64,000 nucleotides of DNA from an uncultured Nitrososphaeraceae archaeon (GTDB taxonomy: Archaea; Thermoproteota; Nitrososphaeria; Nitrososphaerales; Nitrososphaeraceae): positions 224,001-288,000 of the forward strand of contig CAVXZB010000084.1 in NCBI GenBank assembly GCA_963765895.1. The letters are read 5' to 3'. The position numbers and the translations under genes were made by a program. This document shows, one piece after another, positions 34,948 to 46,214 of the stretch (positions within the stretch are counted from its first letter, which is position 1; every line of letters begins with the position of its first letter). The notes beneath the pieces are model-generated. The model saw only the letters and a program-made list of their open reading frames with translations. It was not told the DNA's origin and searched no databases.

Positions 34948-37698
34948 TTATCCTGACGCGCAGTTGCTAAACCCACAATCAATACACATACTACAGCCTT
35001 CTGTGATTATTAGTCTTGAATTGCAACAAGGGCAGGTTTCTCCTGGAGGCATTTCGAATAGATGAGATGCTGGTTCTGGTTCATAAGACGTTGTCGGGCC
35101 TATTTCCGAGTTTCGATATGTGCCGGTAGCTTCATGAATCGTCGATTCTTGAAACACCGTTTCCAATTGTTGTTTGACATAGGGGACGATAATGTTGGCT
35201 GCGACGTAGTCTCTTACGAATTTACTTGGTTTTGTGACTCCTCTCTTCTCAAGTCTATTATCTCCTGTGATATGTAATACTTGTTCATGTCTAGACCCGT
35301 CACGATACACAGTAACACCTTTCAGGCCTAGCTCATGGGATAAAAGATACGCCCGTTTTACGTCATCAACAGTCGCATCACCAGGCATATTGATGGTCTT
35401 TGCGATAGCATTAGAAATCCATTTTTGCCATATTGCTTGTGCCATCAAGTGATCTGTCCAATGTATATCAATTGCAGTTACAAAGATATTCTGCATCGAC
35501 TCTGGTATGTCATCAAGACCACTGACCGATCCATAGTTATTAGCTATCCTGGTGAGAATATCGTCATCATATAACCTGTTCAGTTTTAACACATTTTGGA
35601 AGATTCGATTAGTATAAAAGAACCTTCCAACCGTCACACGTTTCTCAAAGACGACTGCAAAAATAGGTTCTATACCATTTGAAGTATCAGCAATCATTGA
35701 TAGTGTTCCTGTGGGGGCAATCGTTGTTGTCCAAGAATTCCTTATCCCATGTTTTTGAATTTTCATGATTAACGAGTTCCAATCATATGAATGTAATTCT
35801 CTAGGTACGTCGTAGTATCCTGCAATGGGTATTTTGCCATCGACATAGTCGGTTTCACTAAAGAGTGGAAATGAGCCTCTTGATTTTGCTATAGCTACAC
35901 TCTCTTCCATGCTATAATAAGAAATAGCTTCTGCTAGTTTGTTCATATGATCGTAGCCATCCTTTGAATTGTATGGTATTCCAAGTAGGAATAAAAGATC
36001 AGCAATGCCCATTATTCCAAGACCGATCCTTCTTGTTAGCTTAGTATTATCCTCAATTTCTTGAACTGGATATTTATTCGTATCAATAATGTTGTCTAAA
36101 AATCTAGTTGACAATCTAACAGCTTGCTCATATCTTTGCCAGTCAAATTCATACATTCCGTCCGCTTTTCGCTTTACAAAGTTTGCGAGATTGATTGAAC
36201 CCAGATTACATGATTCGTATGGATATAATGATTGTTCCCCACATGGATTGGTCGCTCGCAAAGGACCACCCTTCGCCCTCATGCAAGGATTATATCTATT
36301 TATATTATCAAAGAAAATCATTCCTGGCTCAGCACTCTTCCATGCACTAAAAGCAATTAAATCCATCAATTGATGAGGATCTATATGTTTTATAACCTCT
36401 GCAGTTCGAGGATTCCGCAATGCATATTTGGAATTATTCTTATTCACTAGTGAGTTCCAGAAATCTTCCAACATTCCCACACTAACGTTAAAGTTCTCGA
36501 ATATGCCTGGTTTGGTTTTTGCAGTCACAAACTTTTCAATGTCAGGATGCCAGGCTTCTAATATGCCCATATTTGCTCCCCGTCTCTTTCCTCCCTGTTT
36601 TACAACGTCAGTAACAGTATCTATAATCCTCATGAATGAAGTGGGTCCCGATGCGACTCCGGATGTGGATGCAACGATATCGCCTTCCGGACGTAAATCT
36701 GAATAATTGATTCCGACACCTCCACCAGATTTAAAGATCATGGCCGCATCGGTGGATGATTTCATAATGCCGTACATATCGTCTGGCATCTCTAAAACAA
36801 AACAAGCAGATAGCTGTCCCAACCTCGTTCCCGCATTCATCAACGTAGGAGTATTTGGAAGAAAATCTCGGGATATCATTAGATCGTAATATTCTCTAAT
36901 TTTTTGTTCATATGTAGACAGTTTCCCTTCAGCAATTAATTTAAGTAACTGTCTAAAGCTGAGCTTCATATGACCTTGTTCTGCGAGATCAATATAAACT
37001 CGAATTAGTGTTTCAAAGTGATATTTGTTCAGCAGATATTCCCCAATTTTTAGCTTTAGATGAAAATCTTCCGTCTTAGAATAATAAAGGGTGGCCTCAT
37101 TGATATTCTGCGCATGCCTTCCGTTCAAATCGAAGAGTATAGAATCATGCAAAATATCCGGAATTGCTACAAGAATCGCAACTCGTTCGAACATCTGTTT
37201 GGGTCCTTCTATTATTTTGCCAGAGTTATCTCTTAATAGATATCTTGCTGCCAAGACCCTAAGTGAATTCACATCGAATACTTTATCCACATCATCAAGA
37301 TCTCTCTTATTTAGAATCTTCATCTTTTCGTCGCGAATCTTTCGTCGCTCGTGTCGGTATAATATATATGCCTTCGCTGTCTCTGAGAAACCTTCTTCAA
37401 TCAGTATGGATTCCACCATATCTTGAACATCTTCCACGCTTGGAATTGCAGTTATTTCGCTAGAACTATACCCATGTTGAATCATTTTCTGTAATACTTC
37501 GCCTGCCAATCTATCAGACACCGCATAATCAGCCCTACCTGTTGCAATCAAGGCTTTGTAAATTGCATTCGATATCTTAGATTGCCCGAAACTGACCACT
37601 CTGCCATCTCTCTTTTTTATAAGTAGAATCGTGTTCTCCTTAGAGTTATTAACCTCAGTAATTCCCGCCATCCCCTGTGTACCAATCATGTTGATCAA
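34948..37698 (-). CDS. nrdJ: Adenosylcobalamin-dependent (class II) ribonucleotide reductase with N-terminal ATP-cone
   Basis: KKRDG ATP-cone, PNTPTLMN, QLSACF, TNPCGE, ESCNLGSIN, TIAPTGT, GVTVYRDGSR, C-terminal Cys cluster. Confidence 0.95.
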   Translation of the reverse strand: MINMIGTQGMAGITEVNNSKENTILLIKKRDGRVVSFGQSKISNAIYKALIATGRADYAVSDRLAGEVLQKMIQHGYSSSEITAIPSVEDVQDMVESILIEEGFSETAKAYILYRHERRKIRDEKMKILNKRDLDDVDKVFDVNSLRVLAARYLLRDNSGKIIEGPKQMFERVAILVAIPDILHDSILFDLNGRHAQNINEATLYYSKTEDFHLKLKIGEYLLNKYHFETLIRVYIDLAEQGHMKLSFRQLLKLIAEGKLSTYEQKIREYYDLMISRDFLPNTPTLMNAGTRLGQLSACFVLEMPDDMYGIMKSSTDAAMIFKSGGGVGINYSDLRPEGDIVASTSGVASGPTSFMRIIDTVTDVVKQGGKRRGANMGILEAWHPDIEKFVTAKTKPGIFENFNVSVGMLEDFWNSLVNKNNSKYALRNPRTAEVIKHIDPHQLMDLIAFSAWKSAEPGMIFFDNINRYNPCMRAKGGPLRATNPCGEQSLYPYESCNLGSINLANFVKRKADGMYEFDWQRYEQAVRLSTRFLDNIIDTNKYPVQEIEDNTKLTRRIGLGIMGIADLLFLLGIPYNSKDGYDHMNKLAEAISYYSMEESVAIAKSRGSFPLFSETDYVDGKIPIAGYYDVPRELHSYDWNSLIMKIQKHGIRNSWTTTIAPTGTLSMIADTSNGIEPIFAVVFEKRVTVGRFFYTNRIFQNVLKLNRLYDDDILTRIANNYGSVSGLDDIPESMQNIFVTAIDIHWTDHLMAQAIWQKWISNAIAKTINMPGDATVDDVKRAYLLSHELGLKGVTVYRDGSRHEQVLHITGDNRLEKRGVTKPSKFVRDYVAANIIVPYVKQQLETVFQESTIHEATGTYRNSEIGPTTSYEPEPASHLFEMPPGETCPCCNSRLIITEGCSMCIDCGFSNCASG

Positions 37699-37782
37699 TT
37701 ACAATACTTAAAGGCTTTCTCTACAGGATTAGAATGACTTGACAAGAGTACTCATGCTATAATCTAAAATGCATAATAATGC

Positions 37783-38334
37783 CTAAATATTTAACCGATT
37801 GTCACCTGATCGGCATTCCACAGTTTTGCCCTTCAACTTAGGGATAATTTTATAGCTCGATGTACCGAACTGCTTTTTTAGTTCATTTCCATTAAAAACC
37901 CTATCCAAAAATACTGCTAGTGCAGCGATTTCTGAATGAGGTTGATTTCCTACGGCGATATTCATATCTGCCATATCAAACAATTCCCTTGGTACCTTCT
38001 TTGCGCCAATGACCACGAGAAGTTTAGCTTCAACTCTAATAGTCTCGATCATATCGTCTACATTAATTCCATACATAGTCAGGTGAACCACCTTTCCGCC
38101 ATCCTTTTTCCACGTTTTAATTACATCCCTCCAATTATCATATATTTCAATTAGAAATTCTGACTGTCCCCAGTTAGTTGCCACCCTTTCGACTGTATGT
38201 ATTATAGATTTATCCACATCTGACATGTAGAGCTTACAACAGCCAAACGCTCTCGCCACTAAAGCGGAATGCGTGGTTACACGATCATCACGAACTAGCC
38301 TATGGCCAAGTCTTAGCGTAGCGACTTCCATCAT
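37783..38334 (-). CDS. trm56: tRNA (cytidine56-2'-O)-methyltransferase
   Basis: LRLGHR..RDDRVTTH, VHLTMYG, NQPHSEIAALA. Confidence 0.95.
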   Translation of the reverse strand: MMEVATLRLGHRLVRDDRVTTHSALVARAFGCCKLYMSDVDKSIIHTVERVATNWGQSEFLIEIYDNWRDVIKTWKKDGGKVVHLTMYGINVDDMIETIRVEAKLLVVIGAKKVPRELFDMADMNIAVGNQPHSEIAALAVFLDRVFNGNELKKQFGTSSYKIIPKLKGKTVECRSGDNRLNI

Positions 38335-38688
38335 TGCTCACACATGGGTATATTGTTGCTATGCATGTAAATTATTTGCTTCTATATACAATATCAACGT
38401 TTATTCCCGATGTATAGAAGGGCAGAGATTTTCGGAAATTCTGTCTGCTATACCTTATTATGCCTATCGCACAATTAATAAATGGTTGCTCAGTATCCCA
38501 ACATTACTAAATAAGTGAACTGAATATATGGCTGTTTGCAACGAGCTGAAATGGTGATCATAAAAATGCAAGGTTGCAATATGCGTTAGTTTTGGCTAAT
38601 AGATTATTTAGAACAGTAAGCTGCTATCTATGCTATTGTAATCATTCTTTGGTCTGTCGATTTCATAGTCTCAATTTTTAACAATAAA

Positions 38689-38814
38689 TGCGGCCACCGG
38701 GATTTGAATTCCCGCTTTGTATTATGTAAAGACAAAGTCCCGGGTTACGGGCTAACCTCGTGTTAATCAAACACCTGGAAGGCCAGTGTCCTAACCAAAC
38801 TAGACGATGACCGC
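38689..38814 (-). tRNA. tRNA-Gly(TCC) with two introns: 22 nt at 37/38 (38754-38775) and 30 nt at 53/54 (38709-38738)
   Basis: GCGGTCA/TGGCCGC acceptor stem, CT-TCC-A loop; both inserts are flanked by BHB-type helices; removal restores CCGGG-TTCAAAT-CCCGG. Confidence 0.9.
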
Positions 38815-38852
38815 ATTCTATTATTCTCCAGTAATAAAGTGGGTATTAAATC

Positions 38853-39432
38853 TTAACGCTTTGGAGCTTCTCTTTTATTCTGGAATAGTAAGTTTAGAAG
38901 TAAATTTGCTGCTTTGTCCTTTGCCTGCTTCTTGTAAAATTGAATTCCACTCTTCGGACTATCCGCAGCATTTTCGCTATCAATTTCTGCAACCGATCTA
39001 CTATCTAGTGGCAGCTTCGAATTGTACCGCATATTCCTTAAGCTTTATTGAAACCGTTGAGTCAAAAGACTCTCTTTGCCAAGCAGATCCGACAAAATAA
39101 ATCTTTGGAGGATTGACCCTGTCCTTAACAAATCTAATAACGCTATCACACGTTTGTCGTACATTCTTCGAAGTGGTATCGAATACCATTTTGTCTTCCC
39201 CCATTCCCCGCTTTATTAGCTCCTGTTTGATATATCCAACATATTTCAAATCCGTCACAGTATAGACGACGGTCTTATTTTTGTCTGGTTTTGATCGTAT
39301 TATAATTCCATGTATATCGAGACATGATTTTACTCTATTAAGTATGTATTCAGGTAATCCTTCTTGCACTGAGGAAGATTTAGTAAGGCCATAAAGAATA
39401 ATAAGATTCCCATCAATAAACCTGTCGTTCAA
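38853..39432 (-). CDS. Hypothetical protein (weak DUF218/YdcF-like resemblance); +1 frameshift at ~39011
   Basis: ORF 39001-39432 continues as ...EAALDSRSVAEID...APKR* after removing one base beside AGCT. Confidence 0.6.
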
Positions 39433-40172
39433 TGACCTAAATCAATATCCTGTCGATACTATTTGCATTTATATGTTCCTGCAAGGAAATTATCTAAATC
39501 TATAGGTAGTCTGAAACAGTTGTGCCACAGGTATAGAAATTACGCTCCCAGACTATTCAGGGAAACTGATTGCGATGAAATAACGAACCTTTGTTGTAGT
39601 TATTGAAACAATATGCAAAATCTCTGCTCTAACCACACTTGGCATTAGACCATATCTATCAAATCTTTCCTACTCATAACCTAACTACTGAAATAAGTGC
39701 TATTTTGCACCATGCATATACGCATAGTCAAATTCTCGCCCAAACAGATTTAATAATGCGTTTCTAATAGTAATGAAAAAAGTTGATAATTATATAATGA
39801 GGATAAGTGTTCAACACCGACTAATCACATGAGCGTTGCGAATTTAATTATCTAGATTTTTTATTGACAACTATCTTAATATTCTGCCCTTCTTTAAATC
39901 TTACCTGTCCCTATTCTTTCAAGACAATCCAACAGTTAACTCACGCTCATATCTAATTCAAACTGCTACGTTGTATTCGAACTGATCCCATAGCTTTAGA
40001 TAGTTGCTTCTAGATTCATTATAGATCTAATTTGATAAGCCCTAATTTTAGTAACATTTTTATGCTTCGAGTACGGTAGTAATAAATCGTTAAACCTTCA
40101 TTGTCCGCCTCATACAATATCGAACTCGAACAAGCAAAACTGTAAAATGATTATCATAAAATAAATCTGAGG

Positions 40173-41645
40173 CTAGCGATCGACATGGCGTCTGTGCTTT
40201 AATTGTTTAATCGGTTCGTCTAATAGGGTGTCTCTTTGTTTTCGAGGCTTAGTCTTCAATCTTTCACTTCCTGATCCGTCGGAAACATAGTCAGAGAGGT
40301 TTATGGTGGTCTCTCCTGGAATTTTTGCGATCTCAAATCTGTCTTTGGCTTTTAGAAGAGTAGCGGTCGCGTCTATACCTAGTTTCGTAGTAAGTAAATT
40401 ATGTTGATCGCTAGACGGGTCAAGACTAGATCCTTTGGCATTTGGAATTATGACAAGATCTCTATCTGCCTGACACCTCGTCGATATGGCGTATTCAACT
40501 GCAACTGGGTTTGTTGGATCAATGTCATCATCCACTACAATGGCTAATTTCAGAGAGCGATGAGAGGAAAACGCTGCAATTATAGCGTTTCTAGTTTCAC
40601 CTTCAAGTCTCTTTTTGATCTGAATCACTGCAGATAACCAGCCGCTACCACCTTCAGTCAAATAGACGGCTTTTGTATTAGGTAGCGAGTTTCTAACGTC
40701 CTCCAGGAGTTTTGCCTCCACTGGCAAGCCCATTAACAATCTGTGTTCCGCAAAACCAGGCAAAACATCATGAAAAATTGCGTTATCTCTAAATCTTATT
40801 CTATCAAGTTCAAATACAGGTTGTTGACGTTTGAAGTCATATGTTCTAAGCATCTCCACCATCCATTCCTCATGAGTTACATCATTTAGAATTCGCCCTT
40901 CCAGAATAATTTCAGCATGTGTTGGAACAAATAATTGTGAATAGTCCAACTTGCTCAGGGTCAGCTGATTATCCAGCAAGGAATTCGCGATCAACATTTC
41001 GTCAATTCCATATGCAGCCTGATATGCTGCTGCAATGCTTATCGAAGGATGGATACCAATTGTAATTGCAATTTTCAAATCCTCCCCGTGTTCTTTTGCA
41101 TATGTAAAGCATTTGTGCAAATGTCTACCTTCAACCATCCTAATTACCATGTGTTTATCATCTAGTTTCAACAGTCTGTGGGTAGAGGAATTCTGGTTAC
41201 CACTTTCCTGATCCTTTACAGAAACAATTGACGCTGTGATATAAGGTCCTGCGTCTTTTTCGAAATGAGTGACTATAGGGAGAGTTAGCAAATTACGTGA
41301 TGTGTTTTGGCTATATGGTGCCGAACCTAGCAGTTTATTGGGTTCGTATGGAGAATTAATTGCCTTTACAATGCGTGAATGGATGGACATTTCATCGCTT
41401 GTTCCTAAGGCCATCGAGAATCTCTTTCTTGTTCCTAAAACATTGCCTGCTACCTTAAATTTACTACTACTCACCCTTTCAAAAAGTACTGCCTCTTTTC
41501 TCTCAAATTTACTAACTATAGCCGCGATCTCGAATTTTGTACTAACTGCTCTCGGTATTCTGACTAGATTATTATTCTTGTCTAGGATTTCAAGAAAGCT
41601 ACGCAGATCATATGAATCCGATGCCTGCTTGCGCATAGTTCTCAT
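40173..41645 (-). CDS. UbiD-family prFMN-dependent decarboxylase (probably the anhydromevalonate-phosphate decarboxylase of the archaeal mevalonate pathway)
   Basis: DLRSFL, HFEKDAGPYIT, AEIILEG, IVVDDDID, GSSLDPS, KLGIDAT; the pathway role is inference. Confidence 0.85.
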   Translation of the reverse strand: MRTMRKQASDSYDLRSFLEILDKNNNLVRIPRAVSTKFEIAAIVSKFERKEAVLFERVSSSKFKVAGNVLGTRKRFSMALGTSDEMSIHSRIVKAINSPYEPNKLLGSAPYSQNTSRNLLTLPIVTHFEKDAGPYITASIVSVKDQESGNQNSSTHRLLKLDDKHMVIRMVEGRHLHKCFTYAKEHGEDLKIAITIGIHPSISIAAAYQAAYGIDEMLIANSLLDNQLTLSKLDYSQLFVPTHAEIILEGRILNDVTHEEWMVEMLRTYDFKRQQPVFELDRIRFRDNAIFHDVLPGFAEHRLLMGLPVEAKLLEDVRNSLPNTKAVYLTEGGSGWLSAVIQIKKRLEGETRNAIIAAFSSHRSLKLAIVVDDDIDPTNPVAVEYAISTRCQADRDLVIIPNAKGSSLDPSSDQHNLLTTKLGIDATATLLKAKDRFEIAKIPGETTINLSDYVSDGSGSERLKTKPRKQRDTLLDEPIKQLKHRRHVDR

Positions 41646-41815
41646 TGCTTATACTAGATCTCTCCGGCCGACATGTAACTATTTGTTAGGTATTACACCT
41701 AGACGTGATAATACAATAGAAAAATTCTCAACTCGAGATCCAACTCGTAACATAATTCGTATATCCAATACACGCTATTATACATTCTTCTTGGTATGGA
41801 TAAATACCGGTCCCA

Positions 41816-42031
41816 TCATCTCTGTTTGAGTTTTTTTCTGGCTCTAAGTTTAGCTTTGTACTTCAAATTTCGCAGTTTTGTTCTTAGTCTATAACCACAA
41901 CATGGATACCACAATCCATCCCATTTGAGAAAAATCTCACAAATCTGGCACCGTTTTCGTCCAATAGCTTATCGACCAGAACCAACAGGTTTTTGAGCCT
42001 TGTGACGTATGCATATATCCTCACATGTCAT
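41816..42031 (-). pseudogene. Small Cys-rich Zn-finger protein gene with an in-frame stop
   Basis: MTCEDICIRHKAQKPVGSGR*AIGRKRCQICEIFLKWDGLWYPCCGYRLRTK...; TAA at 41969-41971. Confidence 0.7.
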
Positions 42032-42313
42032 TTATGATTTTCAGAGTAAAATGCTTATCTGTTGTAATGATCTGAAACATAGTATTTAAATTTATATAAA
42101 AATAGATTATTTGGATGATTCACTTTAATTTATAATGTTCATATCGTATTTCTGCTGAATCAAAGTTTTATCTGCTCAACAAGAATTCCACTTAGCATCC
42201 AACTCTAACATTAATCTAATTCAGAGGAATGAAAATGCCGAGCTGTCGAGATCCAAGTGCGGATTATACTCTGTCGTCATTGTCACAAATCACACCACTA
42301 GTATGAGTGCGGG

Positions 42314-42973
42314 TCAAAGTACTTTGCCGGTTCTAAATGCGATGGCCTTAGCAGATGAACAGTCCCTTATTCCGCGTCTGTTTGAATAGGCACTATGCCG
42401 AAGAGATGTGCCATACTCATCGACAATTTCAATAACTACTGAATCTTTGAATTTCATTTTTAGAGCCTTTGCAATATCATTACACATACTAATATTACCG
42501 TCTCCGATCTTTACTGATTTTCTTCGCGATATAATTCCAGATAGGATTACTGAAATAATTTCAATGGCAGACTGTGGAGAATGCTCTACAAAGCTTTCAA
42601 TTTCGTTATGAAAATAAATAACAGATATTCCTATCCTGTATCCCGGATCAACTCCTATAATTAGGCTTTCATCCTTGGAATACTGCATAATTGCTCTAAG
42701 TATTTTAGCTTTCGAAAGAATAGGGATCTCATCCAACTCGGTGTCTAGAAGGACATTTTTTCGATGTATTATTCCAGACTCATCTTTCGTGGTAATTACA
42801 ACTCCAGTATCTGATGAATCAGCCTGTTCTGGTGATAATGACTCGTAAGTTAGATCCATCAACTTCAGTGCATTAACAATATTATAATAAGAACGACCGT
42901 AAACAGTAGCAACAGCAACTATATTTCTGGGCTCGCATCTATCTAGGGGCGCTTCATCTAAATTAAAAAACAA
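42314..42973 (-). CDS. Hypothetical protein with an RNase H-fold (YqgF/DUF460-like) C-terminal domain
   Basis: IIGVDPG, KIGDG, VDEYGTS, D..SAKAIA. Confidence 0.65.
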   Translation of the reverse strand: MFFNLDEAPLDRCEPRNIVAVATVYGRSYYNIVNALKLMDLTYESLSPEQADSSDTGVVITTKDESGIIHRKNVLLDTELDEIPILSKAKILRAIMQYSKDESLIIGVDPGYRIGISVIYFHNEIESFVEHSPQSAIEIISVILSGIISRRKSVKIGDGNISMCNDIAKALKMKFKDSVVIEIVDEYGTSLRHSAYSNRRGIRDCSSAKAIAFRTGKVL

Positions 42974-43133
42974 ATTAGATTATTATTAAACTTTTTGAAT
43001 CCTTGTTATATTCATTAAATCATAATTATTTCATACCTAACTAGAAATGCCCTACTGTAAAAGGCACCCAGAGGGGTTTTATAAATCCATTCGCCAATTA
43101 AAAGTGCAAGCAATAGTACACTTCATATTTGAC

Positions 43134-43505
43134 TCAGGATGTACTTCGATTTTTGCTGGTATTAATCAGATTGGTCTGACCTGAAATCGTCTTTACGACA
43201 AAGTCTACCGCATGAGGCAAAGAGTTATCTATATTTCTCTTTGTAGTCGCGGTTATCTTTTCTGTTTCGGCCATAATTACAGCAGATTCATTTTCAGATT
43301 CCTTTCTTGCTGTATCAATAATCGCTTTGGCATCTTCGTTTGCAATAGCTATAACCTTCTGCTTTTGCTTCTCCATCTCTGAGATAGAATAAGCTATAAT
43401 TCGCTTTTTCATATCATTGACTCTTGAATTAAGGTTATCCAAATCAGTTTCGAGAGAGGAAAGAGCATCAATTATTTGTTCTACTGAAGACATCTTTTGC
43501 TCCAA
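43134..43505 (-). CDS. Coiled-coil protein resembling A/V-type ATPase peripheral-stalk subunit H(G)
   Basis: All-helical Glu/Lys/Ala-rich ~120 aa, C-terminal AVDFVVK. Confidence 0.6.
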   Translation of the reverse strand: MEQKMSSVEQIIDALSSLETDLDNLNSRVNDMKKRIIAYSISEMEKQKQKVIAIANEDAKAIIDTARKESENESAVIMAETEKITATTKRNIDNSLPHAVDFVVKTISGQTNLINTSKNRSTS

Positions 43506-43773
43506 ACTAGATCTACGATACAGTTTTAGAGGTATTAAACCCTTGCTTTAATATTATGCTGTGATAATCATAGTATTTGCGAGTTTCAAATGCAGAATTC
43601 TAGAATAGGACATTTACTTGCTTTCCAGCAGCAATTTTATTCATTCATATATCTTCAGACCTAACAGGGCTAAAAAGGATCATAGGGAATTTACTTTAGG
43701 ATACGCTACTTGAACCTTAGTCGCTTGAACTACGGATTACTAATTAAAGATCGTACCTATAAGCAACAAGCGA

Positions 43774-44724
43774 TCAGTTCTTTAATAGCAAATACAATAG
43801 TGCCTGTTGAACGTGTAACCTGTTTTCTGCCTCTTCCCACACAACAGATGCATCTCCATCAATAATATCAGAGGTTACTTCTTTACCTCGGTTCGCAGGA
43901 AGACAGTGCATAAAAATTGAATCTTTTTTTGCCAAGGTAATCAGATTAGAATTGACTTGATACTTTGGAAAGAATGCAGAATTTCGAGTCCTCTTTTCAT
44001 CATCTTTACCCATAGAGACGAATGTATCTGTCACAATAACGTCTGCAAATTTCGCTGCTATTTTTGGATCATCGGTAATAGTAATTTCTGCATTCGTTCG
44101 TGTTCCCTCTTCTTTCGCTAATTCTGTTACATATCTCAATGGTTCATAGCCTTTTGGACAGGCTACTACCATATTTATTCCTGTTTTTGAACATCCCAAC
44201 AACATATCGTTACAGACATTGTTACCGTCTCCTATCCACGCAAGTTTTAATCCTCTTAATTTCTTTTTATGTTCATAAATAGTTAATAAATCTGCAAGTA
44301 TTTGACAAGGATGAAATGAATTAGAAAGTCCGTTTATAACAGGCACAGAAGTGAAAGAAGCAAGTTTTTCTAAATTATGATGGTTATAAATTCTCGCAAC
44401 AATGCAGTCAACATATAAGCCTAACGTTCGCGCGGTATCTTCTATAGATTCTCCTCTGGATAACTGAGTATCGTTGATACCCATGTAAATAGGACTTCCA
44501 CCAAGTTGGTACATCGCTGTTTCAAAACTAATTCTTGTTCTAGTAGATGGTTTCTCGAAGATCATCCCCAAGATACATCCTGGCAATAAGCGACGAGGTT
44601 TTCTAGCCTGCCAATCCTTCTTGAATGATGCAGCTAATTTCAATACAGAATGTATTTCAGTCGGGCAAAGGTCTCTTAAACTAAGGATATCCTTACTATT
44701 TAATGAGATCCTCAATGTCCTCAT
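43774..44724 (-). CDS. argF: Ornithine carbamoyltransferase
   Basis: FEKPSTRTR, HPCQILAD, GDGNNV, VSMG, FMHCLP, AENRLH; start placed at ATG 44724. Confidence 0.95.
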   Translation of the reverse strand: MRTLRISLNSKDILSLRDLCPTEIHSVLKLAASFKKDWQARKPRRLLPGCILGMIFEKPSTRTRISFETAMYQLGGSPIYMGINDTQLSRGESIEDTARTLGLYVDCIVARIYNHHNLEKLASFTSVPVINGLSNSFHPCQILADLLTIYEHKKKLRGLKLAWIGDGNNVCNDMLLGCSKTGINMVVACPKGYEPLRYVTELAKEEGTRTNAEITITDDPKIAAKFADVIVTDTFVSMGKDDEKRTRNSAFFPKYQVNSNLITLAKKDSIFMHCLPANRGKEVTSDIIDGDASVVWEEAENRLHVQQALLYLLLKN

Positions 44725-46202
44725 CCGATAGATATATAGGATCTCGGTCTTTCTGTTCTTCACTTTCTACTTTTTCGTTATTCTCATTCAAATCCTTCCC
44801 TGAGGACACATCAGTCGTTCGCTTTTCACTTCCATTTGTTTTATTCTCCATATCATCACTCCCTTTCTTGGCTTTTTTCTTTCGGGAGAAGAGACTGCCG
44901 AAAATCCCTTTTTTCTTTTCCGTTATTGGAATACCAGGGTCGCTTTTCATCTGAATTGAATCAGAATCCGATCCAGCTGGAATATCATTATCGAGCTTTC
45001 CTGATGCAGTTTTGTGATCGTCCATTGAGACTTCAGGTTTAGTCAAAAATGAATCTTGATCAGAAGAGTGTTCTGTGATTTGTGCCTGTTTCTTGATTTC
45101 TGTTGGCAATGATGAGGGTAATTCTTCCTTTTTATCCTTCGCATGTGCATTCTGGGATCTAGATAAATCTTCAGCCAACAGGTACTCGACCGGCCTGTAT
45201 CTCTCGCTTATCGTTATTTCGGTCAATTGTAGATTTCTCTGGACTTAGATCCAATATCTCGCTATTGCGATCTTGTTCATCGATTAGCGGATAACCACCA
45301 AAAATAGACCTCAAGAATCTGTCATACCGGAATGGCAAAATATCTCCATATCCTTGTCCGATACCAAGATATAGAATCGGTTTTGAAGTAATATGGACGA
45401 TTGAAATTGCCGAGCCACCCTTCGAATCGGCGTCAGCTTTAGTCAAAATGGCACCATCAAAGTTTGTATAGTGATAAAACTCTCGTGCCTGATTTATGGT
45501 GTCATTGCCAGCTAATGAGTCCCCTACAAATAATTTAATATCTGGTTTCACTACCCTGACAACTTTATTGATTTCATCCATTAGATTTTTAGATGTCTGC
45601 ATCCTTCCTGCAGTATCAATTAGAACCACATCAATAAAGTGTTTTTTAGCGTATTCCACAGCATCTCTTCCAACTGCTGAAGGATCGGCACCATATCGCT
45701 GGGCAATGACTTTCAATGACAATTTTTCTCCGTGTGCACAAAGCTGTTCAATAGCCCCAGATCGATGCGTATCAGCAGCAGCCATAACAGCAGATAAGCC
45801 ATTAATACGTAGTAGGTTCCCAATCTTCGCGACTGTCGTAGTTTTACCACTGCCGTTTATTCCTACGAAGACAATTACAAATGGGCCAGATTTAGACTGG
45901 ATTTTACTTCGAATTTTTTGTAAAAGATCTATACTTTCACAGCTGGCAAACATTTGAGCAAGACTATTTTTTAGTCTTGAACCGATCAAATCCTCTGAAC
46001 TCTGATCCTTTTCGAGTTTGTATCCTACTAATTCATCTTTGAGCTTGGCGAAAATATCATCTAAGGCTTCTTGAGCAATATCACATTCAAGCAACTCAAG
46101 TTGGATATTAGATAAAGACCTCTCCAAATCCTTTGAAGTGATCTCCTTTTGTGAAATGCTACTTGTAACGGATGAGAATGCTTTCTTGAGTTGTTCAAAC
46201 AT
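44696..46202 (-). CDS. ftsY: SRP receptor FtsY with a long charged C-terminal tail; probable +1 frameshift at ~45181
   Basis: GINGSGKTTT, DTHRSGA, DTAGR, TKAD, GIGQ; ORF 44696-45226 continues the tail if one base at GGTAC is removed. Confidence 0.9.
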
Positions 46203-46214
46203 CGCGTATTTACC

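Noticed and set aside
36900-37160. Extra segment in NrdJ that could be an intein
   Set aside because: Short, with no Cys/Ser start, His-Asn end or endonuclease motifs; looks like a lineage-specific insertion.
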